This document shows, one piece after another, positions 1 to 12,350 of a DNA stretch of 64,000 nucleotides; position 1 is the stretch's first letter, and each line of letters opens with the position of its first letter. Source of the stretch: Harriotta raleighana (Eukaryota); contig JBNZDD010013666.1 of assembly GCA_050575255.1 (NCBI GenBank), positions 4,252,293 to 4,316,292 of the forward strand, written 5' to 3'. The notes beneath the pieces were generated by a model. It saw only the letters and a program-made list of their open reading frames with translations. It searched no databases and had not been told where the DNA came from. Made by a program: the position numbers and the translations under genes.

Positions 1-150
1 AGATTATCAGTTCTTTCTCAGCAACTTTCTCAATTGTGTGAAACATGTCAATTAACCATGAATCTCCTTTCATGGTTAATAAACATGTAAGTAAAACACA
101 AGATGATTGCTATGCTCCTCTCCCAGATTCTGCAAAATAGCAGCATTAAG

Positions 151-423
151 AATAATAATAATCCTTCTTCTAGATATCTCAAAGCACTTCACAAAATATA
201 CTGTAAAGTGAATTGACTGTATACTTATAGGAGAAACATGGGAGCCAATTGCACAGCAGCGTCCCATAAACAGTCATGGATTGAAGTGACCAATTTTACT
301 ATTGTTTTTCTCCCGCTGTTGAGGGATTATTATCAGACATGTGAAGTAAGGAAACTTGTCTAAGGTTTCGCCCTGACCTGCCCGGGAATTGAACCCGAGG
401 CTCTCGCTTGCGAGGCGAGTGCA
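151..423 (-). mobile_element. tRNA-derived SINE copy, near full length
   Basis: Reverse complement of the family consensus, with (TTA)n tail at the left. Confidence 0.9.
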
Positions 424-1842
424 ATAGAAATAGAAATGCAACCATGTCTTGCGTATGAGTTAACTAATCTACACAGAGATGAGTTATATAGGTGTGACAT
501 TTTCTCCAGGGTGATTTGACGGTCGTAAACCATTTGAGCTTTGCTGTCTTAGTTCAGAACATTATCCAAGCCCTGGTAATTGATTTTCCATTTTTAAACG
601 CTTATTATTAAACAAGAATACACTGGATTCGATGGAGCCGAAAACCTAATGAAGCTCTTTTGCTTTTAATGTTTAGTTAATTACATCTGCGGACATCAGT
701 TTGCAAGCAAACTCCTTGCAAGTGATGCACGTTTAAACACCTGTGCGACTCAACGCTGCAGTGTGCAGTTTGAAGTTGGCGTTTACCAGATATACAGAGT
801 TAACTACCCTCATTCGTTCCAAGGAGATTAGCAGATGAAACCCCTTTATCCTTCCTCGGTAGACAAAGTGACTTTGTCAGCCTGTATATTTTGCATATTA
901 AAAGGCCATTTTCTATGTTCAGTCAGGTGGGTCAATATGGAATCTCTGTTGTGGTTATTATCTTGACCCTAATCAGAATTTACCCAATTAGATGCAACAA
1001 TATCCTTCACATAGGAATGCTAAGCAGTGCGTCCGAAAGCTTTCAGTGTGCATTGTTTAAAGATTAATTGACACCTTTTTTATTTGTGGTGATTGCTGAT
1101 GGTGGTGGTGGTGTGATTCTTAAAAATATATAGGTATATGTAATGTTTCATTCAACAATATTCACACAAGAGTAAATCATAAAGCTAGTGATTTTAAAGT
1201 ACAGTATTGAGATTCATGGGAAGAGTGGAAACTGTATTTACTCCCTTGAACCAATCCATGTCCGTACCCCCACCCCCACATCCACATCCACCCACAAAAA
1301 AAAAATTTTACTATAAATTTTTGAAGTACAGTACAAATTATGAAAAATGTATTTTTACTTTTATTGACACAGCTGATTCTCTCAAAACAGAAAATCCCAT
1401 TTCATTTTGAGATTGTCCTTTTAGTGAGTTCCTGCCTGAGGGTGTTTTACGGACAAACAGTACAGGCCATATTTCTAGACGTGATTACAAAAAAGTAGGT
1501 GATTCTTCAGGGGTATTTATTATTTGTGTGAACTCCAGTCGGTAAGTCGCCGATGTGTACGAGTGCCTGTCAAGGCTTTGGCCTTTGGTCTCAGACTTGC
1601 GAAATTTTAACAAGAAGGTGAAAGGAAACTGTGTTCAAATTTTGAATGATTTTCGATGCAGATCTGAGCCAGTTCTCTCCAGAAGCGTCTGTTTAATGTC
1701 TACCGACAATGGAGAGACTTCAGAAAGATTTCAGTTGATTCCCGGCCTCTAGGGTTTGCACGTCTTAAGAATTTGGGCCGTTCAACAGACTCTACAAACT
1801 TGTCGATTACCAGAGATCCTATTTTTAAACATAATATTGGAA

Positions 1843-2020
1843 TATAATAATAATCCTTGCATTTTGATAGAGCACTTTTCACATCTTCTAGATGTCTCAA
1901 AGCGCTTCACAGAATATACTGTAAAGTGAATCGACTGTATATTTGTGGGAGAAATGCGGCAGCTAATTGCGCACAACAGTGTCCCCCAAAAACAGTCGTG
2001 GATTGAAAAGACCAATTTTA
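1843..2020 (-). mobile_element. SINE, 5'-truncated
   Basis: Tail and central domain only. Confidence 0.88.
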
Positions 2021-2464
2021 TTCTGTAACTTTCGTCATTGTTTAATCACATTGTATTTATAAATCATTTCTTAATGCATATCAATCTTAAAATAGATTTG
2101 AATAGGCACCTTATCATTTAATAGTTTGTTGCCTCACATGTTTCTCAGCTAAGTATCGAGCAATTGACTGCCTCTAAGATGTGTTATTAGTGTACAAGTC
2201 ACTTTCCTGTGTTAAAGGATATATAACTTGACCCATCGAATTTTATAGGAAGTTTATTCTATTGTGAACTCGGGTTGATGGGTTATATGAGAATAATGTT
2301 AATAAAAACGTCTTGGGCAAATCTTATGGGAAACGTGTTAATTTCATGCATTCACTTCTCTACTGAGAAAACTCCTCTTATCGTTCATGGGAGCCACATG
2401 CTTCTCAATGTGATTTCCTGCCAGTTTCAATATATTAGCAAAGCCTGAGTAAGATATAAACTAA

Positions 2465-2610
2465 CCTCACAAGCGAGAGCCCGGGTTCAGTTTCCGGCAG
2501 GTCAGGGCAAAACATTGGGTCTGTTTCCTTACTCTGCACGACTGATAATAATCCCTTAAAAAAACCAATAATAAATGGGTCATTTCAATCCACTACTGTT
2601 TGAGGGGGTA
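2465..2610 (+). mobile_element. SINE fragment (5' half)
   Basis: caagcgagagcccgggttc...ggcaggtcagggc...ggtcatttcaatccac. Confidence 0.8.
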
Positions 2611-3504
2611 AATTTACCTTCTCTCTCTGCTCTCCTGTGGAAACCAAATTTCAACTTAATGTGACCAATCTGCAATAACTGTCATTTGGGGGGAACTCCA
2701 GGATTCCAGGGCTTTTCGTGTCATTTTCTGCAAACAATCATTGGCCAAAATAAGAAAGAAAGGAAAACTGAGAGTTCTACAGTGAAGACTTATGTACATC
2801 AGAGCAGGTATGCGTTTGCAGGTCACGAGAGATCGCAAATACCTTATTCCTGCTGTTGTGAGTGATGGTATTCAAATGCCTTGAAGAGGAGTTAATGTTG
2901 CCGAGGCTCTGATGTAGTTCAGATTCAGGCTTATTATATGAACCAGAAATATCATATCGAATCAGTTTAAATAAATGGTCCACCTCGAGACAAGCAACGA
3001 TTGGGGCGAGATTCAGTCAGTGCAACACAGATGCTGAAGTACACAGGAGTGTGATTACCAGATAATTAATTAATGATGATAGTGTAATCACTTCTAATTA
3101 ATTCAGTCTTAACCATTTGCGACACAATGTTCTTGAAAGTACTATATTATCAAGGGTGTCAGGTACGTAAAATTGATGCTGCTTTTACTAGTTCCCCGTA
3201 ACTGTTCAAAGTCTTGGACTTGAGAATGTAGTCAGTTTCGCCATTGGGATTCAGATTAGCTTTTATGTAGTAGCCACTCAACCATGGTGAAGGTTTTGTG
3301 TTTGTAACAGGAACCTGCGTAAATGTTAGTGGTGTGTAGGATGGGGATGGGAGATACAATGAAACAGGCCAGATATAGTGCACAGTAGGAACCATTCATT
3401 TGATATTTTAAATAGTGCAAAATGGTTTGATCCTAGTTATCTCAACCTTTTGCACCTTAGTGCAAGATTCTCTCTACCTCTGTGGCAAGCATTAGTGGTT
3501 GTGT

Positions 3505-3770
3505 AAAGCATGAGACCTGTGTGAATTGAGGCAGGTCGGGGCGAAACCTTGGGCACACACACTCCTAATAATATTCCGTACCCCCCAAAAAACCTATAAT
3601 AAATTGGTCATTTCAATCCATGACTGTTGTGGGACAATGCTGTGCGCAATTGGCTGCCGTGTTTTGCCCACAAATATAAAGTCAATTCACTTTATAGTAT
3701 ATTCTGTGAAGCGCTTGGAGACGTCTGGAAGACATGAAAAGCGCTATATTAAATGCAAGGATTATTATTA
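3505..3770 (+). mobile_element. SINE copy
   Basis: Matches the family body and tail. Confidence 0.88.
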
Positions 3771-4999
3771 ACAGAAAGGAGCATCTTCTTTAAAGCCACA
3801 CCTACAGTCAAAAGATCAGCCCTGGTCACACCATTCTTATCAACCCCTGACCTTGATGATTGCGGACTGGTGTGTGATTTATTTCCCTTCCAAAAGGTTT
3901 CCTCTTGGCTGTGCCCAGGACTAGTCACTGTGACCGGTGGCAGCCGCTGTTCTGTGTCCTCATAATCCCCCAATTAAGGAGAAAACCGATATTAAGATTA
4001 TATTTCAGAATTTTTCTCGACACTCTATAAAGTGCCACGTAAATAGACCCAAGTCCCATTTCTCCCCATATACGTAAATATTTCGCTCATGGTTAGATTT
4101 AGTCATATCACAATGTGTCTGATAAACTAATTTTTTTATATGTCAAATTGATAAAGTTTGGGTTTGTTTTTCTCCTCTCTCCTTCCTTCCCCCACCCTCC
4201 CAGGTACAATGGGCTACAAATTAATCTTGTATCACATTATCATCCTGCTGTAATAAGGTGCTGTTATCAGCTTTTCACTCTATTTGTGCTCCTAGAAGAT
4301 GTGCAAAGTTTAAGAGAATTTTTTTTATCTCTCAGGAGTCTGGACATTAAGAATTCAGGAGTAGTTTGCACCAGTGAGTCCTGCGTAATTGAACTGGGTT
4401 TTTCTATTCAGCCGAGCCTTTCAAAAGTACAGAGTCGATTAGAGTGGAGATTATTCATTTAGTATTTAGTCAGAGACAGGCGAGTAATCTGCATATAGCC
4501 GTGGATAGCTTTCATTTTCCCCCTTTACTTTTCATATTACTTGTACCTAAAAATTAATGTAGCATCACTCAATTTGCAGTTAAAAAAGAACAAAGAATTA
4601 CGATGTAATAGGCAGTGTTCTGCGACGTTAAATTTCTAATTACGTGCGGGACAGTTTTGAAAGAAAAGGAAAAGGGAAGGAAAATGCATAAATTTGTACA
4701 ATGAGCGCTGGGAGTTGGGAGTTGATTGAGGACAATTTCGGAGTGCGACTGTCAAGGGAAACAGATTCAAGAAATAACCAGGTTTTTTCTACCACGACAC
4801 GTTTAATCTGCAGCCTGATTGCTATTTAAATTAAGACCCTAATTGTCATGATAAATTATTTCTTCTATGAATTTTTGCGCAGGCAAGGAAGCATTTTTAG
4901 GAAATCTCTCCCTTTTTAAAATAAAATTGACCCCCTGTCTTTACTGTTTGATTTCAGTTAACCTTTTCCTGTGCATCTTTTCACTGATAAAACACCCAT

Positions 5000-5210
5000 T
5001 AATAATACTAAGAATCCTTGCATTTGATATAGAGCTTTTCATAATATACAGTATACCCACTGTATATTTTGTGGGTGAAACGCCGCAGCCAATTGCTCGC
5101 AGCAGCGTCCCCACAAACAGTCATGGATCAAAGGATTCGCCCTGATCTACCGGGAATCAAACTCGGGTCTCTCACTTGCGAGGCAAGTGCTCTGACCACT
5201 GAGCTACAGG
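5000..5210 (-). mobile_element. SINE copy with internal deletions
   Basis: Tail, central domain and tRNA head present; linkers missing. Confidence 0.85.
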
Positions 5211-5265
5211 AAAGAAGTAACCCAACTCTTGTTGTGAGGAAGAAATCTTAAGTAATCCTCTACAG

Positions 5266-5558
5266 TAGTGGTTCGCAACCTTTTACAGTAATGTACTCCT
5301 TGTTAATTTTCAACATTGTGGAGCACCCCTCACCCAACCACATACACACCCCCCACCCCCCACATTCCATTTGCATTTCATGACCAAGCTTTTCTTATAT
5401 AACAAAATAACTAGCACATACAAAAACAGGGGAATAACAATTAAATATACAATTTGAAAGGCTATAAAATGCTGAATAGGAGCTAAATAAATCAATGTAC
5501 CCCCTGGAAGTCATTTTGTATCCCCTGGGGTACATGTACCCCTGGTTGAGAACCGCTG
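5266..5558. mobile_element. hAT (Charlie-like) MITE
   Basis: TIRs tagtggttcgcaacc / ggttgagaaccgctg. Flanking 8-mers ctctacag / gcctacag match at 6 of 8 positions, consistent with a decayed TSD. Confidence 0.75.
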
Positions 5559-6679
5559 GCCTACAGTATATCCTGTGAAGTGCTCCGTGACGCTGCCCTG
5601 TGTAAAAGGGCTCTATATTATTGCACGTTGTTTTTATCCCATCCTCCCTCTAAACCTAACCTTAGGGGCCCATCTCCACAGTGTAAAACAACAAGAGTAA
5701 AAGCTATTCTGGAGTGACCACAAGCAAAATTAGATCACATGGAAAGTTTTCAATTCGATTTGAAACACAATGATGATTAAGAGTAGATTTGATGTCTTGT
5801 AGATCCCTTGTACCACATCACTATCCATTCCCCCCACCTTTTTAAAAAAAATAGTTTTTATATTCTCAAGAGCTTTTCCACATCTGCTCTTCGTAGTTTT
5901 CCAGCTTTGTCTACATCACCAAAGATAAAATAGTTCGCAATTTGGGTTCCCTTGCAGTCACCGAGTCTTTCTTACCCTCTCTGCTTTCTAATAGGAGAGT
6001 TTAAAAACATTTTTTTCTTTAAAAAAAGATGTTTGAACAATTGCATGATTTGAAAGAATCATTTTCTAAGGGAGTGGGGAGGGTGGGGTTGTGGGGGGTG
6101 GGGGGAGGTGTCTTGCTGCTTTTACCATGATATTCCCTCTCGCGCATGTCATAATCCTTGTACACTAGTTGAGATGGATCAGCGGGGGAGAGAGGTTCAG
6201 TTCCGACAGCTATAACAAAAGCTTTCGTTAAACCCAGACACAAAAAGCCAGAAATTTCCAGGGATACAATTCGATTACAACGAATCCCACACTATTGTGA
6301 CTGATATGTCATGTTACCAGCCTTGCTTTAAAAAAAGAGCCAGGTTATTGTACTTTACAATGTGGACGAGTGCTGCCCTTTGTGGCTCTCTCTCTCTCTG
6401 CCAGCAGCCGCCACATGTTTGATCATGTCCAGTCTCCCACCGATTTTAACTGGCCATCTAGTTCCTCTGTAAATTATACCTTGTGTTGGGGTCTCTGTAA
6501 TCTGTCTCATTCAAAAAGGGTTTTTATTTTAACCTGATGTGACTACAGTGGAAATCTTAATGCAGCAGTTACAAAAAATGCAGGGCCACACAAACGATAT
6601 AAGAAATAACACTTGTCATTCCTGGGAGCTGACACTGCATGTTCTCATCTGCCAATCATAATATTAATAATCATAATAC

Positions 6680-6888
6680 TCCACACGCTTAATAATAATC
6701 TGTCCCCAAAAACAAAATAAAACAATAACAAGTTGCTCATTTCAATCCACGACTATTTGTGGAACATTGCTGTATACAATTGGCTGCCGCATTTTACCCT
6801 CAAATATACAGTCAATTCACTTTATTCTGTGAGATGTCGAGAAGATGTGAAAAGCCCTATATCAACTGCAAGGATTATTATTATTAAT
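6680..6888 (+). mobile_element. SINE, 5'-truncated
   Basis: Body and tail. Confidence 0.85.
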
Positions 6889-7196
6889 CCAACCCTGCTC
6901 CTGTTTGGTTTCTCAAACTTTTGATCCCACGCTCGCTTAAATTTAGCAATGTTAAATTGAAACACTTAAGTTTCTTTCCCATTGTCCCAGGGAGGGGTGT
7001 TAATAGCATCACCTTGGCTGTGAGCATTAAATCAATCAAGTGACCCCAGGTATCTCCTGTTTCTCTTTGTTACAAGAAAAAAATGTTCTTAGACCCGTAA
7101 GATATAAATGCTGTTGTCTTTCAATCAAAATGTCTGTGGTACTAAGGTGATTAGCTAGTTGTCCTTCTCTCCAGACTGTAATCTTACCTCATTCAT

Positions 7197-7313
7197 TTAT
7201 TATCAGGCGTATGTGTGGAGTAAGGAAACTTGCCCCAAGGTTTCATCTTGACCTGCCTAGATTCGAACCTAGGTCTCTCGCTTGCAAGGCGAGGCTCTGA
7301 GCTACATGACTCC
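7197..7313 (-). mobile_element. SINE 5' fragment
   Basis: Reverse-complement tRNA head with B box. Confidence 0.8.
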
Positions 7314-7745
7314 CATGATTTGGGCACCATTCTAAATATTTCTTTGGTTGGGAAGATGTTGCTATCTTGACTTTGGAGAGTTTTAAACCGTTTCTGACTT
7401 GTAATACATTAAGCTGCGAGGCTGTGTATGTATTACAAACTGTAGGACTTAATTGAGTTTCCTAATTTGACTAATTCGGGCCTCTTTAATTATTAATTGA
7501 AAGATTGTGCAATTCCTGTGTATAGTATGGTTTGAAATGACCAATTTTATCATTGTGGGTTTGCTTCCTATTATTAAATTTCCAATCAAACTGAAATATT
7601 TTGGTAGATTTCATAGGTGTGTGTTTTTTTTGTTCAGTGTTCAGTCTCCGATAGCGACTTTGCTGAATAATAACCGAGACTTGCAGAAGATATTTTACTC
7701 TGAAGGAACATTGACCCTAAATAGTTCTCCGCTTTTGTCTTCCAG

Positions 7746-7870
7746 CACGGATAGGGAAAAACAAGAGGAAGAAGGCTTCAGAAGATGGACAGGTATGTCC
7801 GCTGTGCAATGACGCACTCTCTGGAACAGTGGAAGAAATGAGTAGGCATGTGGAGGCCTGTCTGGATAAG
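7746..7870 (+). CDS. RNF220: RNF220 coding exon (long form; short form ends at 7792)
   Basis: ttccag|CA CGG ATA GGG... translates (A)RIGKNKRKKASEDGQ-VCPLCNDALSGTVEEMSRHVEACLDK, matching recalled human RNF220 RIGKMKRRKQDEGQ. Donors are CAG|GTATGT at 7793 and AAG|GTAGTC at 7871, both phase 0. Confidence 0.9.
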
Positions 7871-9844
7871 GTAGTCAATGGGCATGTTGGTGTTCCAATA
7901 AGTCCCTCTTTTTATTGTTCTTTACCGCTAAGCTGATTCGAAGGATCTAATGTAAAAAAATCTGTTTTATTTATTTGTGAGCTGTAGGGGAATCCGATGG
8001 GTTTATTCGTGAGAGAGGAAATGTGATAGCTTTAATTGAGGAGAGAGATGATTATAAGTCGGTGACACAAGTATTAAACACCTTTCAGTGAACCTTGATA
8101 GCACTGAAGCATTTGTAGAGACTGTCAGTTGGTGATGTTGTTCTTTTATATATCATACAAAAATGTATATTCTCATGGTTACCATCAACTTCCGATTTCA
8201 TTGTTTAGGTTTTCGCACAAACTCCTGCAAAAGAGACTTTTTCATTTCAAAGGTTTTGTAAAGAAAAAACTCACCTTGTTAAAGATTTGTAGTTTCAAAT
8301 GCGCACTGGAGAATATTAAACCGCTATCTTGCGAATATACGGATATAAAATGGAAAATATTTGAGTCACATTATAGTTAAAACACAGTAACAAATCAGCA
8401 CATCGAAAATTCCATCGAAAGCATACTGTATCAAGATTCAAAAACCTTTAGAGTTGGACTTAAATCACCTGGAAGTGAATAGACGGCTTGTTCTGTACGG
8501 GGAAGATTACAAGGTAACAGCGGGAGAGCAAAATCAGAGGAATAACAGGCTAAGCCGAATATGAAAGAGCCTTTTTTTTGCTATTGCACAATGTATCATT
8601 TTAAATTATATTGACTTATGAATGTAATATTCCCTCGTAATTTTCTACCAGAAAAGAATATGGTATCAGTGTAGTACAGTGATTTAGTAAGCTAAACCTC
8701 AACATCTATCTTTATTTTCACCTCCGTCATGTTGGGTCTCAATACCTGAGGGTTGCTGTTCTTTATGAAATACAACATATAAGTTTGAAGGAGGGCATCT
8801 GTGCTATTTGGTCATAAAATCTATAAGTAATGAAAAGGATATGTGTACACTTAGCTGTGTCTGTTACTCTTTTTGTCTTTTTATGCTTTAGTCCTGTTGG
8901 TTAAAGGCAACCTGATAGCACTCGTTTTGTCTAGAACGCCATGATTGAAAAATTTCCTATAACCCACTGGCATGATGTCAGAGAAGTTTTACACAAAATG
9001 TTTGCTTCCAGATTGCCTTTAATAAGCAGTTCAGAAGCATGAAATGAAACCAGAGGTGACAGGAGATGAAGGTAAGTGTACAGATATGCCTCTTTATTGC
9101 ACGGGGCAATTAAACAGGATGTACTTTCAAATTTAACAAATTCTTAGCAGTGAGTTTGGGGCCAACGATAAACATTCTTGCAGTTTAATTGACCATAAAG
9201 TCCTTTGGGCTGTGTTCTAGCATTTATGATTACCTTAGACACCACTTTATTGTATTAGCGTTCTTTAACTTCCTGCCTGCCTTGCTCTGCCTGCCATCTT
9301 GTCATTCCAGAATACTTGCAGACTGAGGCTTTTTGCAATAGGAACATGCCAAACACATTTGATAATAAAATAGTATTTTTTAAAGACAAAACTGTTGTTA
9401 AAGGGGATGTAACTTTTTAAAGATCCTGGTGAGAATCCGGCACGCAGTCTGTAAATCCATCAACAGTTCACGTGGGGGGAATGATTGAGTCGGCCTCGAA
9501 ATCGGGTTTTGTGCATTTGTGGTTATCTTTTTAAGCTCTCGTTCAACAACACATGAGCATGGCTGGGACCACAAGCTCCAGTGGGACCTCATGTTGTGGC
9601 CTCCGTCACAACCAAATGGCTCAATTATTCCCCTAAACGTTAAGAGATGCAGCAAATGCAACACTATTGGAATACAACCCATTCCTGACCATTGTGCATT
9701 ACCCGCATTCAAAACAGTTGTCCATCTTAGGCTGAGTGTTCGTATCGTAAGGGATATTGACAGTGCGATGATTTAGGTGGCAGTGACAAGTTAAGACTAG
9801 GATTGAGTTATCAAGAGTTTACTGATCTCGCTTAGAATGAAACG

Positions 9845-10149
9845 TGGAGCTGCTGTAGCTCAGTGGTTAGAGCACTCGCCTTGCAAGCGTAAGACCTGTG
9901 TTTCGAATCCAGGCAGGTCATGGCGAAACCTTGGGCAAGTTTCCTTACTCCACACACTCACACGCCCAATAATAATCCCTCGAAAAAAAACACAATAATA
10001 AAATTGGTCATTTCAATCCACGGCTGTGTGTAATTGGCTGCTGCATTTCGCCCACAATTACACAGTCAATTCATTTTACAATATATTCTTTGAGACGTCT
10101 AGAAGATGTGAAAAAGCGCTATATCAAAGTGCAAGGATTATTATTATTA
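9845..10149 (+). mobile_element. Full-length tRNA-derived SINE
   Basis: Pol III A box TAGCTCAGTGG and B box TTCGAATCC, central domain, tail ...AAAAGCGCTATATCAAAGTGCAAGGA(TTA)n. Confidence 0.93.
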
Positions 10150-10319
10150 GAACGTTTGGTCAATCGCACTGGACTAGTAAAACTTGAGTATTAAAAGATG
10201 AAGTAAGTTTCAATGCGGTTTGTTACAATGGGTTCAATTACAATGTCAAAATACACTACAACTAGTCTTTCCTCCTGTGTGTTTTACCCATCGATAATCA
10301 CTTCAAAAAGATCTAAAAT

Positions 10320-10503
10320 AATAATAATTTGGTCACTTAATCCACGACTGTTTGCGGAGACCCAGCTGTGTGCAATTGGCTGCTACATTTTGCCCACAAA
10401 ATATACAGACAATAAATACCGTTTACAATTCGCTTCTGTGAAGCGCTTTGAGACCTCTCGCAGACGTGATAAGGCACTATATCAAATGTAAGAATTATTA
10501 TTA
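10320..10503 (+). mobile_element. SINE, 5'-truncated
   Basis: Central domain and tail. Confidence 0.85.
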
Positions 10504-10939
10504 ACTAAGCCTACAATGTACCATTATCCATCATTTCACTCAACACAAATCGATTTAGACTTTCAAACTGTCCTTTTCTATCAGAAATCCTATGTATTTA
10601 TTCATTCACCTGACCTTGCAATACAGGGTACAACTGGACTGGGTGCTGGCCTTGAAATGGAATTGGAAGGAAATATTTCTCCTGATAAATGAGTTCCGAA
10701 AGTATTATAATTTTTTGTTGTGAGCTCTGAAGAAAAGGGTACTTTTCAAAGTATGGAAAGTATATAAGCGCTCTCTAAACTGAAAGTTTAAGAGTTTCAA
10801 ACCTTCAATTTCATTGGCTTTAACCATGGGCGTATTCCTGGAATGCTTTTGAATAGCGAGCGAAGACCTTATCAAGAGAAATGGGCAAGGGGAAACGTTA
10901 CCACAACTTTTCTGTTGCAAAATTGCCACAGTTTTTTTT

Positions 10940-11130
10940 CTGCCTCGCCCCCTCCCTGGCCTCCTTCATGTCTCACCCCAAGATTCTCCTCTTTGATGGA
11001 CCCATCGGCAACTCCTAATTCCCCCTCCCCTTCCCTCCCCCCCGTCCCCAGCTCGGGTCTGAAACAGTAACTGTCCAGCGCCTTGGGATATCCCCATGAC
11101 GTGAAAGGCGCTATACAAGTGTCATTTTGT
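10940..11130 (+). mobile_element. L2-clade LINE 3' fragment
   Basis: Homologous to 17340-17535; tail cagcgccttgg...gtgaaaggcgctatacaagtgtc. Confidence 0.75.
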
Positions 11131-11200
11131 GGATGTTGAATAAAAAATATTTCACGCAACAAAACTGGTAAGTTAATTTGCAATCTGTTTCAACCCACAG

Positions 11201-11339
11201 CGAGATGGATCCTACACAAATGATGACGAGTCAGTGGATATGGAGAACGAGAGTGCAAGTGGGAACAGATTTGAGGAGTACGAATGGTGTGGGCAGAAGA
11301 GAATACGAGCCACCACCTTATTAGAAGGCGGATTTCGAG
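11201..11339 (+). CDS. RNF220: RNF220 coding exon
   Basis: cacag|CGA GAT...; RDGSYTNDDESVDMENESASGNRFEEYEWCGQKRIRATTLLEGGFR(G); donor G|GTACGC; 139 nt, phase 0 to phase 1. Confidence 0.97.
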
Positions 11340-12017
11340 GTACGCGACACTTCGCAATAAATTGACCCAGTTTGACCAGTTTTTAAAAAAAAATCTACGC
11401 CTGTATTTTCTTTTTGTAACACCTATTTACAACTGAAACCTTCAAAATTCAATCGGGTTTTCATTTGCAAGAGCAAACATTTCAAGTGTGTATCTAAATT
11501 TGCCCCTAAAAGGGGGAACCTGTCAGATCAGACCATATGCTCATCCCTAAATATTTGACCTTTACTTGACCAGTCCTGGGGAATGTAATTTTCGCAGGGA
11601 TCTGTTCCCGGCTCACTGAGGGCAGAGGAGCTGAGAAATGAGAGCTTGTCAAACAAAATTTCCTGTTATCTCCCTTGTTTTACCTAAATGAGGTAGGGCA
11701 GGGAGCAGCGTGTCTCATTTCAGAAGTTATAAAATATTGAAAGAGTCGGGTCTGTTGGGACCTGCTGGGGGGATTGCAGGTACAAGGTTCTGCGATCAAT
11801 TTGTACCGTTTTCCTAATGAAAGATTCAGAGTTTATGTCAGCTGTGCTTTCACACAGAGGCCTATTTATTTTGTCAGCTAAGGAGCTGGTTTGTAATTTT
11901 CAAAGGGATTCCAAAACCAGCTTGAAAGGGAAAGAATAATGCGCTTGGTGAAACTTGGGAATTTCAAAAATATATGATCATATATATTTCGATTACATAT
12001 ACAGTATTTATATTATG

Positions 12018-12350
12018 TAGCTCCTATAGCTCAGTGGTTAGAGCACTCGCCTTACATGAGACCTGTATTCGAATCCAGGCAGATCAGGGTGAAACCTTAC
12101 TTAGAATTTGGGCAAGTTTCCTCCACTCCCCCCCACACACACACACATCCCTCAAAAAAAAGAATAAAATTGGTCATTTCAATTCACGACTGGGGGATTT
12201 CAATCCACTGCTGTGCGCATTTGGCTGCCGTGTTTTGCCTACAAACACAGTCAGTTCACTTTACAGTATATCCTGTGAAGCGCTTTGAGACGTCTAGAAG
12301 ATGTGAAAAGCGCTATATCAAATGCAAGGATCATTAGTATTATAATTATT
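12018..12350 (+). mobile_element. Full-length SINE
   Basis: A/B boxes, body and tail. Confidence 0.9.

Noticed and set aside
1662-1735. Segment ending ...ETSERFQ, loosely like the upstream RNF220 exon ending ...SDRYQ
   Set aside because: Similarity is weak and there is no in-phase GT donor; the real upstream exons probably lie outside the window.
9845-9925. Apparent tRNA genes (A and B boxes, anticodon-like loop) at the many SINE heads
   Set aside because: Each continues into the SINE body, lacks a proper acceptor stem and varies at the anticodon; these are SINE heads.
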